Below are positions 38,421 through 53,589 of a DNA stretch of 64,000 nucleotides, in pieces; positions within the stretch are counted from its first letter, which is position 1; every line of letters begins with the position of its first letter. Made by a program: the position numbers and the translations under genes. The stretch lies in assembly GCF_964204645.1 (NCBI RefSeq), contig NC_134030.1, forward strand, positions 20,296,210 to 20,360,209, read 5' to 3'. The notes beneath the pieces are model-generated. The model was not told the DNA's origin, made no database searches, and saw nothing but the letters and a program-made list of their open reading frames with translations. This DNA comes from Tubulanus polymorphus (taxonomy: Eukaryota; Animalia; Nemertea).

Positions 38421-40469
38421 CTCGCAGTACCAGGATGACTCTAGTCGAGTCTCATCTGCTTAACCCAAAGCATACTCATCTCATTGCGTTGAGAATGATT
38501 ACGAATTGTTTTGTTTTTTTTGCAAGTCAACCATTTCTATGGTACATAACTAGGAATTCTAGGAAATTAAATAAGCTACTTACAAAAAAAAAATTAAAAA
38601 GTTCGAAGCCTAACAACAAACTAATCAACACTAACACATCTACATCCACACTGTAACACATCGATCATTTACACTACTGGAAAATATAGCTATGGTGTAT
38701 GTCGAATTTCTCTAGATATTCTGGATTCATAAAAAAATCGCTTGGGAATCGTATTATTTTGATACAAATATAGATATTTTATTCATGTATATGACAAATC
38801 ACTATATAATAATGATAATAATATATCTTTATTGTGAGAGAATATTCTCGTATGACACATACAAATATAAATATATATATACCAAAGAACAAATTTCATT
38901 GCAAACGACAATCTACAACACGAGTTGAAGTAATTTGAAAACGAAGATCAGAAAACAATAGTGAATCGAAGTTCTAACGTTTGCAAACGACAAACTAGGG
39001 GTAACAACACAAGTTAAAGTAATTTATAAAGAAAGACTGCAAAATTATAGTGAATGAACTCATTATACACTCTAAAGGGTCAACCGCCCGAGTGGTTGTA
39101 ATTACGAACATAAAGATTTCTCATAGTTTAATCATTACACACCCACACATTAACCACCCGGACCCAGTTCCACAGTTGTGAGTTAGAGTTAACTCTGAGT
39201 TACAGTTAGTTCATTTTCAATGAGTTAACTCGGAGTTAAATCTCAACTCGGAACTGTGGAACTGATGATTCAGGTTTGAGTGTGGTCATCGTTCTATCGG
39301 AACTGTGGAACTGGAACCTGGACTATCAAATAGTGGACACACACATAACTCAACCAACGAAATTTTGTTGGTTTGTTTTATTTATCACAAACCTTTTATG
39401 CTCTGATGTTTGAACCCGTCCTAAATCTCCTCTGAAAAGGATTATTCAAATTCAATGTAGACAGACAACTTGTATATAAATTAACACTAGTTTTTCGTTT
39501 GTCTTTGCATAGTCTGATTTTGCTATTGTTTTGCAATCTTTGTTTTTAAATTACTTAAGCTTGTGTTGTAACCCCTAGTTTGTCGTTAGAACTTTGATTA
39601 AAGATTGTTTTTCGGTCTTTGTTTCGAATAACTTTGACTCGTGTTCTCGTCTGAACAACTGTTTAATCACTCGATCCAGTCCCATTGTTTAATTCTTGTA
39701 TCGATATACTCAGTGCTAGTTCGTCTTGTATCATGTTCTGCGTAACTTTTCCAACTTAAATCTCATGAATTTAAGAAAAGAAGCTGCTTTATGTCTGGGT
39801 TGATGATATAATGTATATACGTATTGAGACTGTACAAAACTGGTACGACATAAAGAGATTCGTCTTAACGAAATCTGAATTTTTCCAGCGCTATACAATA
39901 CATTTTCCATCCTATGAAAATAGTGATAATTTTGCCATATAATTTGTTTTCGACCCTATGAAAATACTGATAATATGCCGCCCGCGTTTAGAGTAGATTT
40001 GACGATACTCAGAGAGGTGTGTGTTTAACAAGATAAAAACCCACTATCTACAGATAAAAAGAATTTTAAAAAACCAAGAATTTATTTATTCGAACAATCT
40101 AAAATATACAAAATACACGACGTTTCGATCCCACCCTAGAGACCATCGTCATGTGATTTAAAGACTAAAAACTTATAGACTAAAGGTGTGTGTGTTACAG
40201 CAGAGACACCGATTACAGGTTGTCAGATTCAAGTTACATGAATTCTACCACAATCTCTACGACACTTAAACCCTGCCACCCGAGCCGGTATCCACCAGAA
40301 CGATCACGTTTTCAGCTATAGTATTTACTTGTACGGATATTTGCCGGCGTCAGTTTTAGGGATAATTCTGAACCCTGTTTCTATGTATAGGTTAGAAACC
40401 GAAGACACATCTCTACGCGAAATAGAGCCGTCGAACTAGTTCTATTCGCGTAGAAATGGGACCGAAAGT

Positions 40470-42150
40470 TGAACTTCGAAAGTTATGACAACACGGCGGT
40501 ATATTTGTATGGTTGTTTTTCATTCGCTTGTTGTGTCATTTCGTTTTCCCGGGGAGCTCCATATACCGTCAACCGCTTTACAAATACGGTACGTAACTTT
40601 CAACAAGTCTACCTTGACATAAATCCTAAAAGGCACAAATTCACGAGTAGTTATAAGTTTAAGATCTACCCCGTTATAAAATTTCGATGTATTAAGTCGA
40701 GCAGCCAACAAAACAAACCCAATCAGTTGCTTGCCGGTTCAGGCTGGTTAGAAGATTGTTTGATGAACCGAATTTCCCAACTTCGATTTAAACAGAAAAT
40801 TCTGTAATTTTGACCGCCGATTACACAACGCTTTATCCGTACTTCGATTACCGATTACCAAAATCAAACCCCCTGTTTCGTTCGGTATACGGGCATTTTC
40901 CCACATGGACATTTTCCCATATGACATTATTTTCCGTCATGGCTATTTTCCCACATACTCTTGGACATTTTCCCACATGTTTTTCTTTATTTATTTTATA
41001 ATACTTTATTTAGACATTATTTAATGGCTGGATGTCTGTCTACCAATCAAATAAAGGGTCATTCCCGATTTTGAGATGAAAATCAGCCCCGTACAGTGAA
41101 CGGTCGTCTGAATATCGAGTTCGAAAAGATTTTTGACTAGGTCTGTCTTTGTTTTAGTGTACCCTAATCCCCTACAACAATTCCACCTTTATACCGTATA
41201 CATTCTAAAAAATGCATACATTCTAATAATGCATACATTCAATAACTGAATCTATGAATTCATCATGAATTATTTCGTATTTTAGAGGTATTTCTCGTTG
41301 GTATGACGGTCTTGTTTATCGTCGTGATCGGGCAATTCATCAATCCACCGCATTTCGCTGTATATCTATTCGGGGTATGTAAATCTGATTTGAAAAAAGA
41401 CAAATCATTCAGTCGTCTCAACAAAACAAAAAAGAAATTCCAGGTACCTGATACAGTACCAGGCACCTCACGAATATATTCATTACTCATAGTGAGTTTC
41501 ACTTTCTATTTCGTAATGTGCATTCAACGCAATCATAAAGAAATGAATTGAACAATGTTGTCATCGTAAACGGTAATAATAAAGGCAACTTTTTTACTTT
41601 GTTAACAACCTTTCTCACTGATTATATATTTTACGTAGATGAAAATGGCTCCATCGATTATATTCCGATGTAGCCTATGCACTACTCATTGTTTAGCTGC
41701 AAATTCAACCATCATTATTTGGGAGGTAGATTGCATTTCGGCAATATTTTGATTACGAAATTTCATAATACTTTCCGGATTTCTAATAATCTTTCGCTGT
41801 CTTTGTAGACGTACGTTGGTTGTACAAGAGTTTCCATGGAACTTCGTTGTACCGAAGATCATCGCTCGACTTGTCGAACCGGGTACGAAATATGAGCAGT
41901 TGCAGCAGCAAATTGACGACGACTTTCAGCAGGAATACCTGTGGTCATCTGCCGATCGTCTGTCGTACAGGTCGAGTCAGCACGCCGAATCAGAGTTGGT
42001 TATTCCGGCCATTAAAACCAGTACCGACGAAATCAACCTCCTAATGCCCAGGCATTCTCAGTCGAGACTAAGCCTATACCATCCATTATCACGATGCAAA
42101 AATAGCGTCGCATATCGTTTGATATCTATCGGACTCCGAATATATGTTTA
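40470..42150 (+). pseudogene. Frameshifted 3' fragment of a P5B-type ATPase (ATP13A-like)
   Basis: SYDNTAVYLYGCFSFACCVISFSRGAPY/(frameshift)RQPLYKY, compare ATP13A YENTxxF...FSKGxPFRQP. Later exon-like pieces at about 41287-41374, 41640-41723 and 41809 onward (KYEQLQQQI...W) also carry frameshifts. No catalytic core is present in the window. Confidence 0.6.
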
Positions 42151-43239
42151 ATTGTTCCTACGCGAAAAGTCAGATCCGCCGTCGAAGAAACAATATCGAT
42201 ACAGCGTTCTTTCAGGTTTTTAAATCTGAAGATTCTAAAGATTCTAAAGATTCTAAAGATTCTAAAGATTCTAGCTTGGATTCATGACAGAGGAGCGTCA
42301 TTTAAAAAAACATCGAAAATTGATTCAAACAATAAAAAAAAACTGTTTCTCTAAATGAACGTTCTTCGTCTGTGCCGATGATTGCGTCAAATGTGGGAGG
42401 GCCCCAGCGATCATCGTTACTTTTCACCTGCGCCGAAACAACACGAATCATTCGCATCATCATCGTTATCGTCATTATCATCACCGAGTCGAGGTCAGTC
42501 GCATCGTCATCACAAACTCATATGAAATTGAACGCGCAGGCAGTTACAGGAAAAATGAGATCATTGGACAGTCTATATACAACAAACACATCCCCGAAAT
42601 AGACGGTTAGACACATCGACCAATCACTGATCAAATTCGGACATTTGAAATAGAATTTTCATGTTCTAAAATACTGAGATCATTCGGAGTTCACGTGTTT
42701 TCAGTGATTTAGAGACTTTCTTTCAAATTCGCGTGACTCATGTAAATAAATACTCTCAAAATATCGTCAATAAAAATGCTCGTTTTCTCGTCCACTTAAG
42801 TACAGCTGCACTACAAGGTTTATCTCCTGACGTATTTTAATAATTCTTTCTCTATTCGAGAACACAAACATTTTTATGTATTTATCAAATCTGTATTGCG
42901 TACATTCAATAAAGGACACAAAAGATTTGAATATGAATTGCGTTATTCTTGGATAATGTTCGAACGTGTTATTGTTAAGAAATGAATATCTTCAGAATTC
43001 AGAATGTTAGACTTTCGCAGATTTATATCCAATAAATTTTCATGTTTGTTTTACTGCTAAACGATCAACGGGTCGGGCAAAGAAAGTCACATCGAACTAG
43101 GAAGTTTTATTCAGTTATATCAAAAGGAACTTTTTTTAGGAATCTGACATGATTTACTGCAATTGCGAGTATATAATTGATGACTCTCTTTATCAAGAAT
43201 CAATGCATTTTTTGCTGAATGCCGCATATTTTGCTCGTC

Positions 43240-43294
43240 GGGATTTTTCGACCCGGAAAAAGCCACATTTTATTGTGAGAAATACTGTATAAAA
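43240..43294 (+). promoter_or_regulatory. Promoter of the secreted peptide gene: kappaB-like sites and TATA box
   Basis: GGGATTTTTC at 43240-43249, GGAAAAAGCC at 43255-43264, TATAAAA at 43288-43294; a non-coding first exon ends at 43394 (gtaagt), intron 43395-43477. Confidence 0.6.
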
Positions 43295-43483
43295 GTAGCG
43301 AAAATCGGAAGCATTTCATAAACAACTGAGATTCTTGAAGAATAGGTCGCAAGAAAATTCAACAATCCAATTATAAATTCAACACTCCAATAATGTAAGT
43401 AAACAATCTCAACAAATCTTTTCCTTCTAGTTTATAAATTTGTTCCATGAAATTGTTTTTTTTCTATTTCTTTCTAGCTGAAG

Positions 43484-44860
<1,377 letters not shown>

Positions 44861-46433
44861 AACCGACAGAAACATTGACAAATCGCTCTCAATAGACTAG
44901 CACATATCTACGTAGTTTACTGTAACCGTCCAGTTTATTTTATATATGACATTTCACTCATTTACTGATTCTATCGTGTTCCGTGTATTTCCGTAATTCC
45001 GTCCGTGATTCTTTATTGACGATGAATTGAAATGTAAATTATCATTATTATCATTACACTTTGTAACAAATAATAGATCTGATTTATTCGCTTTTAACGT
45101 AAAATTATTTTTTCTAGAAATATGTAGAATACCGCATAATAAACTATAAAACGTAGATATATTTTGAAAAAATATTTTTCTAGTTTTATATTAGGTAATT
45201 ATGTATCCTATTACATGTTCCAATAATGATTAGTCGAGGTTCATATTTCAACGTACGTACGATGGAACTGATGGGGAATGAGGAAAAGGCACAACCCCTC
45301 TTTATAAGCCAACTTCATGAAACATGCAAAATACCTTGACCTTACGATTTGAATTTCTAGATGATAGATATAAAATTCAAGTTCAAAATTCAAATTCATA
45401 TAAGTTAATTGACATTTACTTTCTAGGGATGAACACAATAAAGGAACAAAATATATACAAAGGAAAACACAGAATAGTACACACAGAATTAGTATATGAC
45501 GTTGCTTATGGTGGTGCCCGGTGGTTGTGAATGGAACACACATCGTTTTACGCAGCAGACGTTACTCAGTTTTTATGACAATTTGCAATGAATAGAATTA
45601 AGACAAACAGTTTACACGTCCTCCACGCGTTGACGATGGCTACGATTTAAAAGTTCGCAATGATATGTGACAACATTTTGATAAATGGAACAGGACAATG
45701 GAATATCTCGGGATGATTGAATCCTAAAGCCAGCCGCATACGGCATAACATTCGTTTCGCCAACACAGAAATCCCGTTTAAAAAAAAAAAACGTTTCGTA
45801 AAACGTTTTGTCCGCAAACGTTCAACACACGGCACGGCGTAACGAAAACGCGCAGAAAACATTGCTTGCACCATGGAATCCTTAAGAAAATATCGATCAC
45901 GAACCGATCGGATTTTCACCAATTCTCGACAAATTCTCGAACAATGTACAATGAAAAATGACCCCGTGTTTTCTCGCGTATCTGAGAATTCATTCCACCT
46001 TCGCTTCTATTATATACACGTATGTTATTAAAATCTTAATTACAGCATGAAATCTTTTTTAGAGATTTAAAACAATCGCGACTCAACAATTTTATCGTTA
46101 ACAACGACAGGAAAAAGAAAGGTTTCAGACGCAACACAATTGACTCAGAATTTCTGAATGTTTATCATTTTGAAAAACAAATCATTCACTGCCCTTTCAC
46201 ATGCACGTCTGTTGTTTAGAGCAACTACAATTATGATGATTAAACTAACCTGTAACTTATTTGTAACTTGCAACTATACAATTCAATGATTTGCCACAAG
46301 AATGTTATCGTCCGAAGTCTTACATTTGTGGATTTGTAGGTCACAGATTCACCGAATGTCACCGCGCCATTCTATATAGCGATACGTAGGGGTAAAGTTG
46401 TTTGGGGTGAATCAAATATGAAAGCAACGGTTA

Positions 46434-47384
46434 TTATTTGATCGAACTTCTACAGCGGATTTTCATACAGAAATATTCACGAATTTCTCGTCCCAGCAAA
46501 AGATATATGTAGAAATTTATCACGTAATTACACATTAGGAATTGTGCAAATATATCGTATAGAAATTCTCTTCGTTCCGGTGAAATTTCTAGAAATGCAG
46601 TTATAGTAGTTGGAAGTGTAAATATCGCAAATGCGAATGAAACTGTTACGAGCATTATTGTCGTACGTTTTGATTTGGTAGTTTTCTGATCGGACGAAAC
46701 CATTTTCGATCCTCTGAATAACTGAACTATTATTACAGAATTCGATGTAAGAATCAAAATTAACGGCAGAAGGTTGACGTGGATGACGATTATTGAGAAA
46801 AATCTTATTTGGTCAATTAGTGTGTAGTAACATCCATGCGAAACATCGGTCAAGTGCATCGACAAAGTTGGCAGAAGAATCAGAACCAGTATATTCACCG
46901 TAACGATTATCGATATAGTAAATCTAGCGAATCTCGGTGTACATATCAAACGAGATGTGAACGGGAAGAGCACAACCGCCGCGCGTTCTAGAGTTATAGC
47001 CACTACAAACCACGAACAGCTTGAGACCGCTAGTATCATTACAAATTCATAGATTTGACAAGTAATCAGCGAATTCATCAAGAATATAGGAACATCTCCA
47101 ACGTGCAAGAGAACAAACTGTAAAACAGGCATCAGCGTTAGACATATACAGTACAGAAAATCGCTGAGTGACAAAACGATCAGATAGTTAGCGTACGATA
47201 AACAGCGGAATCTACGACTTATCATTATCAGGAAAGTAGCCGAATTCCCGAAAGCTCCGAAGAGGAACACGACAGGCAGAGAGATCAGTAACACAGTACG
47301 GTAGATTCCGGACTTGTTCTCGACGTACATGATGATGGTATAACTGTTATAAGTGCGGCCGATTTGAATCCGAGTAGAATTCAT
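46434..47384 (-). CDS. Intronless class A GPCR, paralogue of 34838-35785, 316 aa
   Basis: Collinear with the first copy; same motifs (GNSAT, LSLSD, LERAAVVLFP, NFYIY). Confidence 0.92.
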   Translation of the reverse strand: MNSTRIQIGRTYNSYTIIMYVENKSGIYRTVLLISLPVVFLFGAFGNSATFLIMISRRFRCLSYANYLIVLSLSDFLYCICLTLMPVLQFVLLHVGDVPIFLMNSLITCQIYEFVMILAVSSCSWFVVAITLERAAVVLFPFTSRLICTPRFARFTISIIVTVNILVLILLPTLSMHLTDVSHGCYYTLIDQIRFFSIIVIHVNLLPLILILTSNSVIIVQLFRGSKMVSSDQKTTKSKRTTIMLVTVSFAFAIFTLPTTITAFLEISPERREFLYDIFAQFLMCNYVINFYIYLLLGREIREYFCMKIRCRSSIK

Positions 47385-47946
47385 GATAGACGAGGATCGA
47401 GTGCGTATCTACTGACCGACTGACCGTCTTCGAGGGTCTACTACTGACTGTTTGAGAGTCTACTGCTGACTGTCATAAGAGTTTACTGTCTATCTTATCA
47501 CGTATACTATTACTGTCTATCTATCTTAACTCGGACTGTATGAGAGTGTCACTGAGTAACTGTCTGCCGGAACTGACTGTGTCTCCTCGCGTATTGGTAA
47601 ACTGATTCGACTTAATAAGTATGAACGTACCATTCAAGACTTTATTACCAGGTACAGCCACAATTATTTGTAAGAGACTATGGTAATCACATCTCACAAC
47701 TAAATTGTTTAACGGCGAATGAAAAGGTTTCAGAAATCTATTTCACTCTGGAAGATTAACATATCTTGCACGAATGGAACCGAGTTGAATACAAACATTC
47801 GTTTTACAAGAAGCATTTTCAAAATATGCACGTTTGGAATAAGGTCAGAATGGAATATCACAATGAATTCCTACACGTAAGCTGGGCAATCTCACCGACC
47901 CGTGGCTCAATGGGGGGGGGGGGGGGTAGGCAGACAACACAGCATG

Positions 47947-48224
47947 CAGGGGCGGATCCAGGTTGCCTTCCATGCCTTCCGGAAGGCAGTCAAAATTTTT
48001 AGGTTCCCTCAAAAATCAAAGTAATAAATTTTTCTTTAAACTCTGAGAAAAAAAATTGCCCCTGGCATGCTTTCAAAAACGAAGTGGTGGTTTTCAGATG
48101 GAATTCGGGCCTCGCCGCTGCGCGGCTCGCTGACTCAAGTGCAGACAATTTCCCTTATGATTACAATAATATGCCCTATTAAATCTAGGAAGGCAATCAA
48201 GTTTGCCCTCTGGATCCGCCCCTG
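47947..48224. mobile_element. MITE with TIR CAGGGGCGGATCCAG; related copy at 60301-60559
   Basis: gcatg-caggggcggatccag ... ctggatccgcccctg-gcatg (apparent target-site duplication). Confidence 0.7.
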
Positions 48225-48782
48225 GCATGCACACCTTGATCATGATGAACATCGGAAGAAAATAGAGACAGCTATTGAACTATAATCAATTTATTTCGTA
48301 TTTCCAGTCATAGTCTACATAAACTGTACACAATTTATCATATTCAAACACGCAGTGTTCCATTCACCAAACTGATTATTTTTATCAAGAAATAATGAAG
48401 ACAAATTAAAGATGACAGACTCAACAGTGTGAGCTTTAAACTCATACTGTTGAAGATATACAGTGTGTGCAAGATTACAAAGTATTGCATTAAACCTCAC
48501 TTTAATCCGGCGTATATTTTTGGTACTGATGAACATAATTTGGTTTATGAAATGCAGAAAACCACCTCGACTAACTCGCACACGCGTAACACAAAGCTAC
48601 TCGCTCCGAGGTAAGCAAGTACAAACTTTATGAAAGAACGATAACCACACTGAAACGTGGTGAACGGATAATAAGATAAAAACCCACTATCTACAGATTT
48701 AAAGAATTAAAAGCAAGAATTTATTTATTTATTTACTCAATCTAAAATATACATAAGACACGACGTTTCGATCTCACCCTAG

Positions 48783-48824
48783 ACACCTGACGATGATCTC
48801 TAGGGTGAGATCGAAACGTCGTGT
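48783..48824 (+). ncRNA. Minimal type I hammerhead ribozyme, intact, within a palindromic Penelope-like pLTR (48669-48906)
   Basis: ACAC-CUGACGA-U-GAUCUC(UAGGGU)GAGAUC-GAAAC-GUC-GUGU; canonical GUC cleavage triplet. Confidence 0.82.
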
Positions 48825-49194
48825 ATTCTATATATTTTAGATTGAATAAATAAATTCTTGTTTTTAAATTCTTTTAATCCGTAGATAGTGGGTTTTTATC
48901 TTATTAAACTTTACGAAGTTTACATTCCGAGTTAGTCGATGCCCATATCTGAGTAAGGCGATGATTACTGCATCTCGATCATGACCCGTTTATACACCGC
49001 ACTGCCGTGTAGACACAATGAAACCGCTCAACTTTTCAGACCCCTGTTTCAACGCGACTTATTTATTACTTAGCGCTTCAGTGAGTCTGATTGTCGTATT
49101 ATACGGACGAACTAAAATAACATCTGGATTAGATTAAAACGTTGATTGAACCGATTTTTCATAGGATATTTATCGATGCATTCACAATGAAATC

Positions 49195-49607
49195 AAGGTT
49201 CCTACAATTCCTGGTATCCAGAATTCAAGGACTTTTTAAGGAGTAATTTTCAAAATTCAAAGAGGTTTTCGCGGTCATATATACGGAAAAAAGTCGAAAA
49301 TTCAAAAACAAAATCCCCGTTTTCCTAAAAAAATTTTGATCAGTTGTTGTGTGTGCCGTTTTGGTTTTACATGTCTAAATCTCAAAGTGAAACAACTTTC
49401 ATTCACAAGTCACACAGTGAAGAATAATAGAGTACACTGTCTTCTGAAAAGGACCTTTTGAAAATCTTCAATAGGACTTTCCCAGAATTTAAGGAGTATC
49501 AAGGAGTTTATGGATATTTCTCAAAATTAAAGGATTTTCAAGGACCTTGAAAAATATTTTCAAAAATCAAGGCGTTTTCAAGGATTCAAGGAGTTGTAGG
49601 GACCCTG
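49195..49607. mobile_element. TIR element (hAT-like ends)
   Basis: caaggttcctacaattcct ... aggagttgtagggaccctg. Confidence 0.6.
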
Positions 49608-51704
49608 GAAATGATGTTACGACCCAGTGCGACACTAGCGGTAACTAAGAGTTTTAGCAGATTTTTTATATTCACACAAAATAGGACACAAGATTGTCAA
49701 CACAGCATCCATTTTACATAGACACAAGTATCATGGGACATATTTTTTGACGAATGAGTTTACAATTGCGTACCTACTTTATTACACTAAGGTTTCAGTT
49801 CATCGCACCATTATTTCGTTTGAACATGATTCACCGAATTAATAGAACATAAGCCACGATCACGCGGAGACGATTTGGCCCGGGCCAAATATGGCACGAG
49901 TCCGATCGGTGCCAATTATAGTGCCGAATTAGAGAGCGCGTTCACACGTAAACCACTCACTCGATACAATACTTAAACAAAGCGAAGTGGATCATTTCCG
50001 GTGCCAGTTGCAATCATTTGTCTCGTGCTGAAATTTGGCTCGGGCCTGGTCCGACGTTTTGGTCGGGCCTAACAGGTTCGGGCCATTGGGCACCCGTGTG
50101 AACAGTTGTTCCGGGCCAAATTAGGCAAAAAATGCTCGTGCGATCGCGGCCAATGTTTCACAAACAACGAGAACATCACATATCGTATGCACCAAAAGAA
50201 ATACATTTTCTTACTTTTTCGACATCGTTTTTACAGTTTTTCAGGTCTGCTCTTCATAGAGTTGGTTCTTTGTACAGTAAACCCTGCTTTTTTGGAACTG
50301 GACCTGATAACATTGACCACAGTTCGACGAGTTAAGGATAGCAGTTAGAAAATCGAGAAAAATAATGTTTTTTTTTTCGATCCGAATTAGTCAAAAGTTG
50401 GCCGTGTCCCAGTAAGGCAAGGTTTATTGTTATACAAATACAAACTGTCGTGTACAGAGTACAAGTCAATACATTCACGTAGGTATCATCTACAGCCCGG
50501 ACCCCGCATCCCTTCAGACATCTGGGGCCGGTTGCATAGTTACGGCTCGGACTTAAGACCAGTCTAAAACCAACTTAGTTCTATAGCCAATCAAACAACT
50601 TCAGACCAGTCTTAAGATTTAAGACCATTTTTGGACTTAAGCCACGACTGTGCAACTGGCCCCTGATACTTCATCGCTATTCTCAGGAATAGAGAAAACA
50701 ACTGATCCTCCAGACTCCTGGGGCCAGTTGCATAGTCCTGGCAGGACTTTACCCGACGCATTTCTAATTGAAAACGAACTAACAAACATGGAGGTCACAT
50801 TTTCAAAAAGAGATCGTTGAGACTTCAAGCTACAACACAGTGAATGTCGGACGGGGTCCTAGGGGCCGGTGCTATAGTCATGGCTTAGAATTAAGACCAT
50901 ATTAGTTCTATAGCCAATCTTACAACTTACGACCAGTCTTTTGGTCAGAAGTCTCGACTATGGAACCAATCCCAGGAACCGGTTCCATAGTCGGGGCTTA
51001 GATTTATGACCAGACCAAGACCTTGTTAGTATTATGATTATAGTCGATCTAACAAATTAACACCAGTCTAAGACCATAACCGATAATGTATAACCAATCT
51101 AATAACTTAAGACCAGTCTAAAGCTAATCTTGGTTCTATAGCAAATCTTACCAGTCTAAGACCATAACCAATAATCTACAACCAATCTAACAACTTAAAA
51201 CCAATCTAACAACTTAAGACCAGTCTAAGCTCATTTTGGTTCTATAGCCAATCTTTCAACTTAAGACCAGTCTAAGACCATGTTAGTTCTTTAACCAATC
51301 TAACATGTTAAGACAAGTCTAAGATCATGTTAGTTCTATAGCCAATCCTGGGCTCGAAGCTGCACATTGATACCCGCGTAAAATTTAAAAACGATTTATT
51401 TCTATCCAGAATCTATCTTATCAATCTAAAACCAGCAACGGGCCTGTCCTCATTCTATTCACTATTTACATTCTAATAAAAGGCCCTTCACTGAGAAACA
51501 ACGGCTGATACATATACGAAGCCGAACTCGATACCATGAAATCCGATGCTCTGGAAAAAAAATCCCTCAGCAAGAATTAACGATTGTTTCAAAAGGGTAA
51601 AAGGAATGTTATTCGACAACCAAATTCCTTACAAAGTGGAACCCCGTTAACAACGATTCATCTGATTAAACAAATATAGAATTTCAAATTAATTTCACAT
51701 TGGA

Positions 51705-52500
51705 TATATAAAGAACTATCGGTTATATTTTCTGGTTTCCTGAAGTTCGTTGTAACGAGGTTCCGCTGTATATAGAACTATCGGTTATAACGAACAGATT
51801 TTCTGATGTCCTGAAGCTCGTTGTAACGAGGTTCCGCTGTATATAGAACTATCGGTTATAACGAACAGATTTTCTGGTCTCCTGAAGTTCGTTGTAACGA
51901 GGTTCCCCTGTATATAGAACTATCGGTTATAAGGAACAGATTTTCTGGTCTCCTGAAGTTCGTTGTAACGAGGTTCCGCTGTATATAGAACTATCGGTTA
52001 TAACGAACAGATTTTCTGGTCTCCTGAAGTTCGTTGTAACGAGGTTCCCCTGTATATAGAACTATCGGTTATAAGGAACAGATTTTCTGGTCTCCTGAAG
52101 TTCGTTGTAACGAGGTTCCGCTGTATATAGAACTATCGGTTATAACGAACAGATTTTCTGGTCTCCTGAAGTTCGTTGTAACGAGGTTCCGCTGTATATA
52201 GAACTATCAGTTATAACGAACAGATTTTCTGGTCTCCTGAAGTTTGTTGTAACGAGGTTCAGCTGTATATAGAACTATCGGTTATAACGAACAGATTTTC
52301 TGGTTTCCTGAAGTTCGTTGTAACGAGGTTCCGCTGTATATAGAACTATCGGTTATAACGAACAGATTTTCTGGTCTCCTGAAGTTCGTTGTAACGAGGT
52401 TCCGCTGTATATAGAACTATCGGTTATAACGAACAGATTTTCTGGTCTCCTGAAGTTCGTTGTAACGAGGTTCCGCTGTATATTTTAGAACTATCGGTTA
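51705..52500. repeat. Tandem repeat, 71-bp unit, about 11 copies
   Basis: tatatagaactatcggttataacgaacagattttctggtctcctgaagttcgttgtaacgaggttccgctg. Confidence 0.95.
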
Positions 52501-53589
52501 TCAAAGGTGGCTCTAATTTTAACCATCGAGATTTAAAAAGCAATGAGGGAGGAACGTGGCAGAGCCTCACGATGTCATCAGGTTCGAATCCCCACCCCTG
52601 GAGGAACGTGGCAGAGTCTCACGATGTCATCAGATTCCAATCTCCAATGAGACCTATTAAAACGCATCCCACCTCAGCCAACCTGCAAAATGGCATGCGT
52701 TTGTCGATAGGACAACTCAATCAAAATTAAGTTCATTTTCAACATTTTCAATCAACTTCATAACTAGCCTTCCACGTAAAAATATTATCATTTCCAGGTC
52801 CTTGATAGTTCTGATAGATTTTTACCTTTCAATGCACGACTTTAATTCAACATTCATAGAATTCGAGAAATCATAAATAGCGATTATCTAAATCTGGGAT
52901 AACATCCAGCGGCCAGGACCCAGTTCCACACTTCTGAGTTAAATTTGACTCTAGAACATTGTAAATGAACTAAATTTAACTCAGAGTTAACTCTAACTCA
53001 CAACTGTGGAACCGGGTCCTGTTGCCCGAAAGTTGGCTAGACTTAACCGGTGGATAATTGAAAATAATAAGTTCATCGTTACTTAGGTATCTATCATAAA
53101 TATATATTCACCAGATATCTGCGATTAAAATGAACTAACAAATACACGGCGCACAGGACAGTATATACATTCTATCAGGTATCATCGCGCAAGTGTTCAT
53201 AACAATGTCAAGAATCAACGGCGAATGTCTGAATTGGAGTAGTTCAGGTCGTCGATACCAGCCCAAAGCATTATTCCCACCGAACTTACACAAAACTCGC
53301 CCAAAACCTCGTTCGTCAGAACACAGAATAAAGTTTATACCGGTATATAAAAAATTCTACCATCATCAATTTTCGTCATCAAGTATTTCTCGCGCGCATA
53401 AAAACAAACAGAATTCGTGAAGATCCGATGCCAACTACGTCAGGCCACGTAAATATCGTTTATGATTTTATCGTTTTTTTTTTTGGCGGTCGTTTCTATC
53501 TTCCGGCACCGCGCAGCGTACCGCCTACGACGCGCGCTCCGTAAGCTCCCGAATACATGAATATACCTGAGTCGATGTGATTAGTAAGC

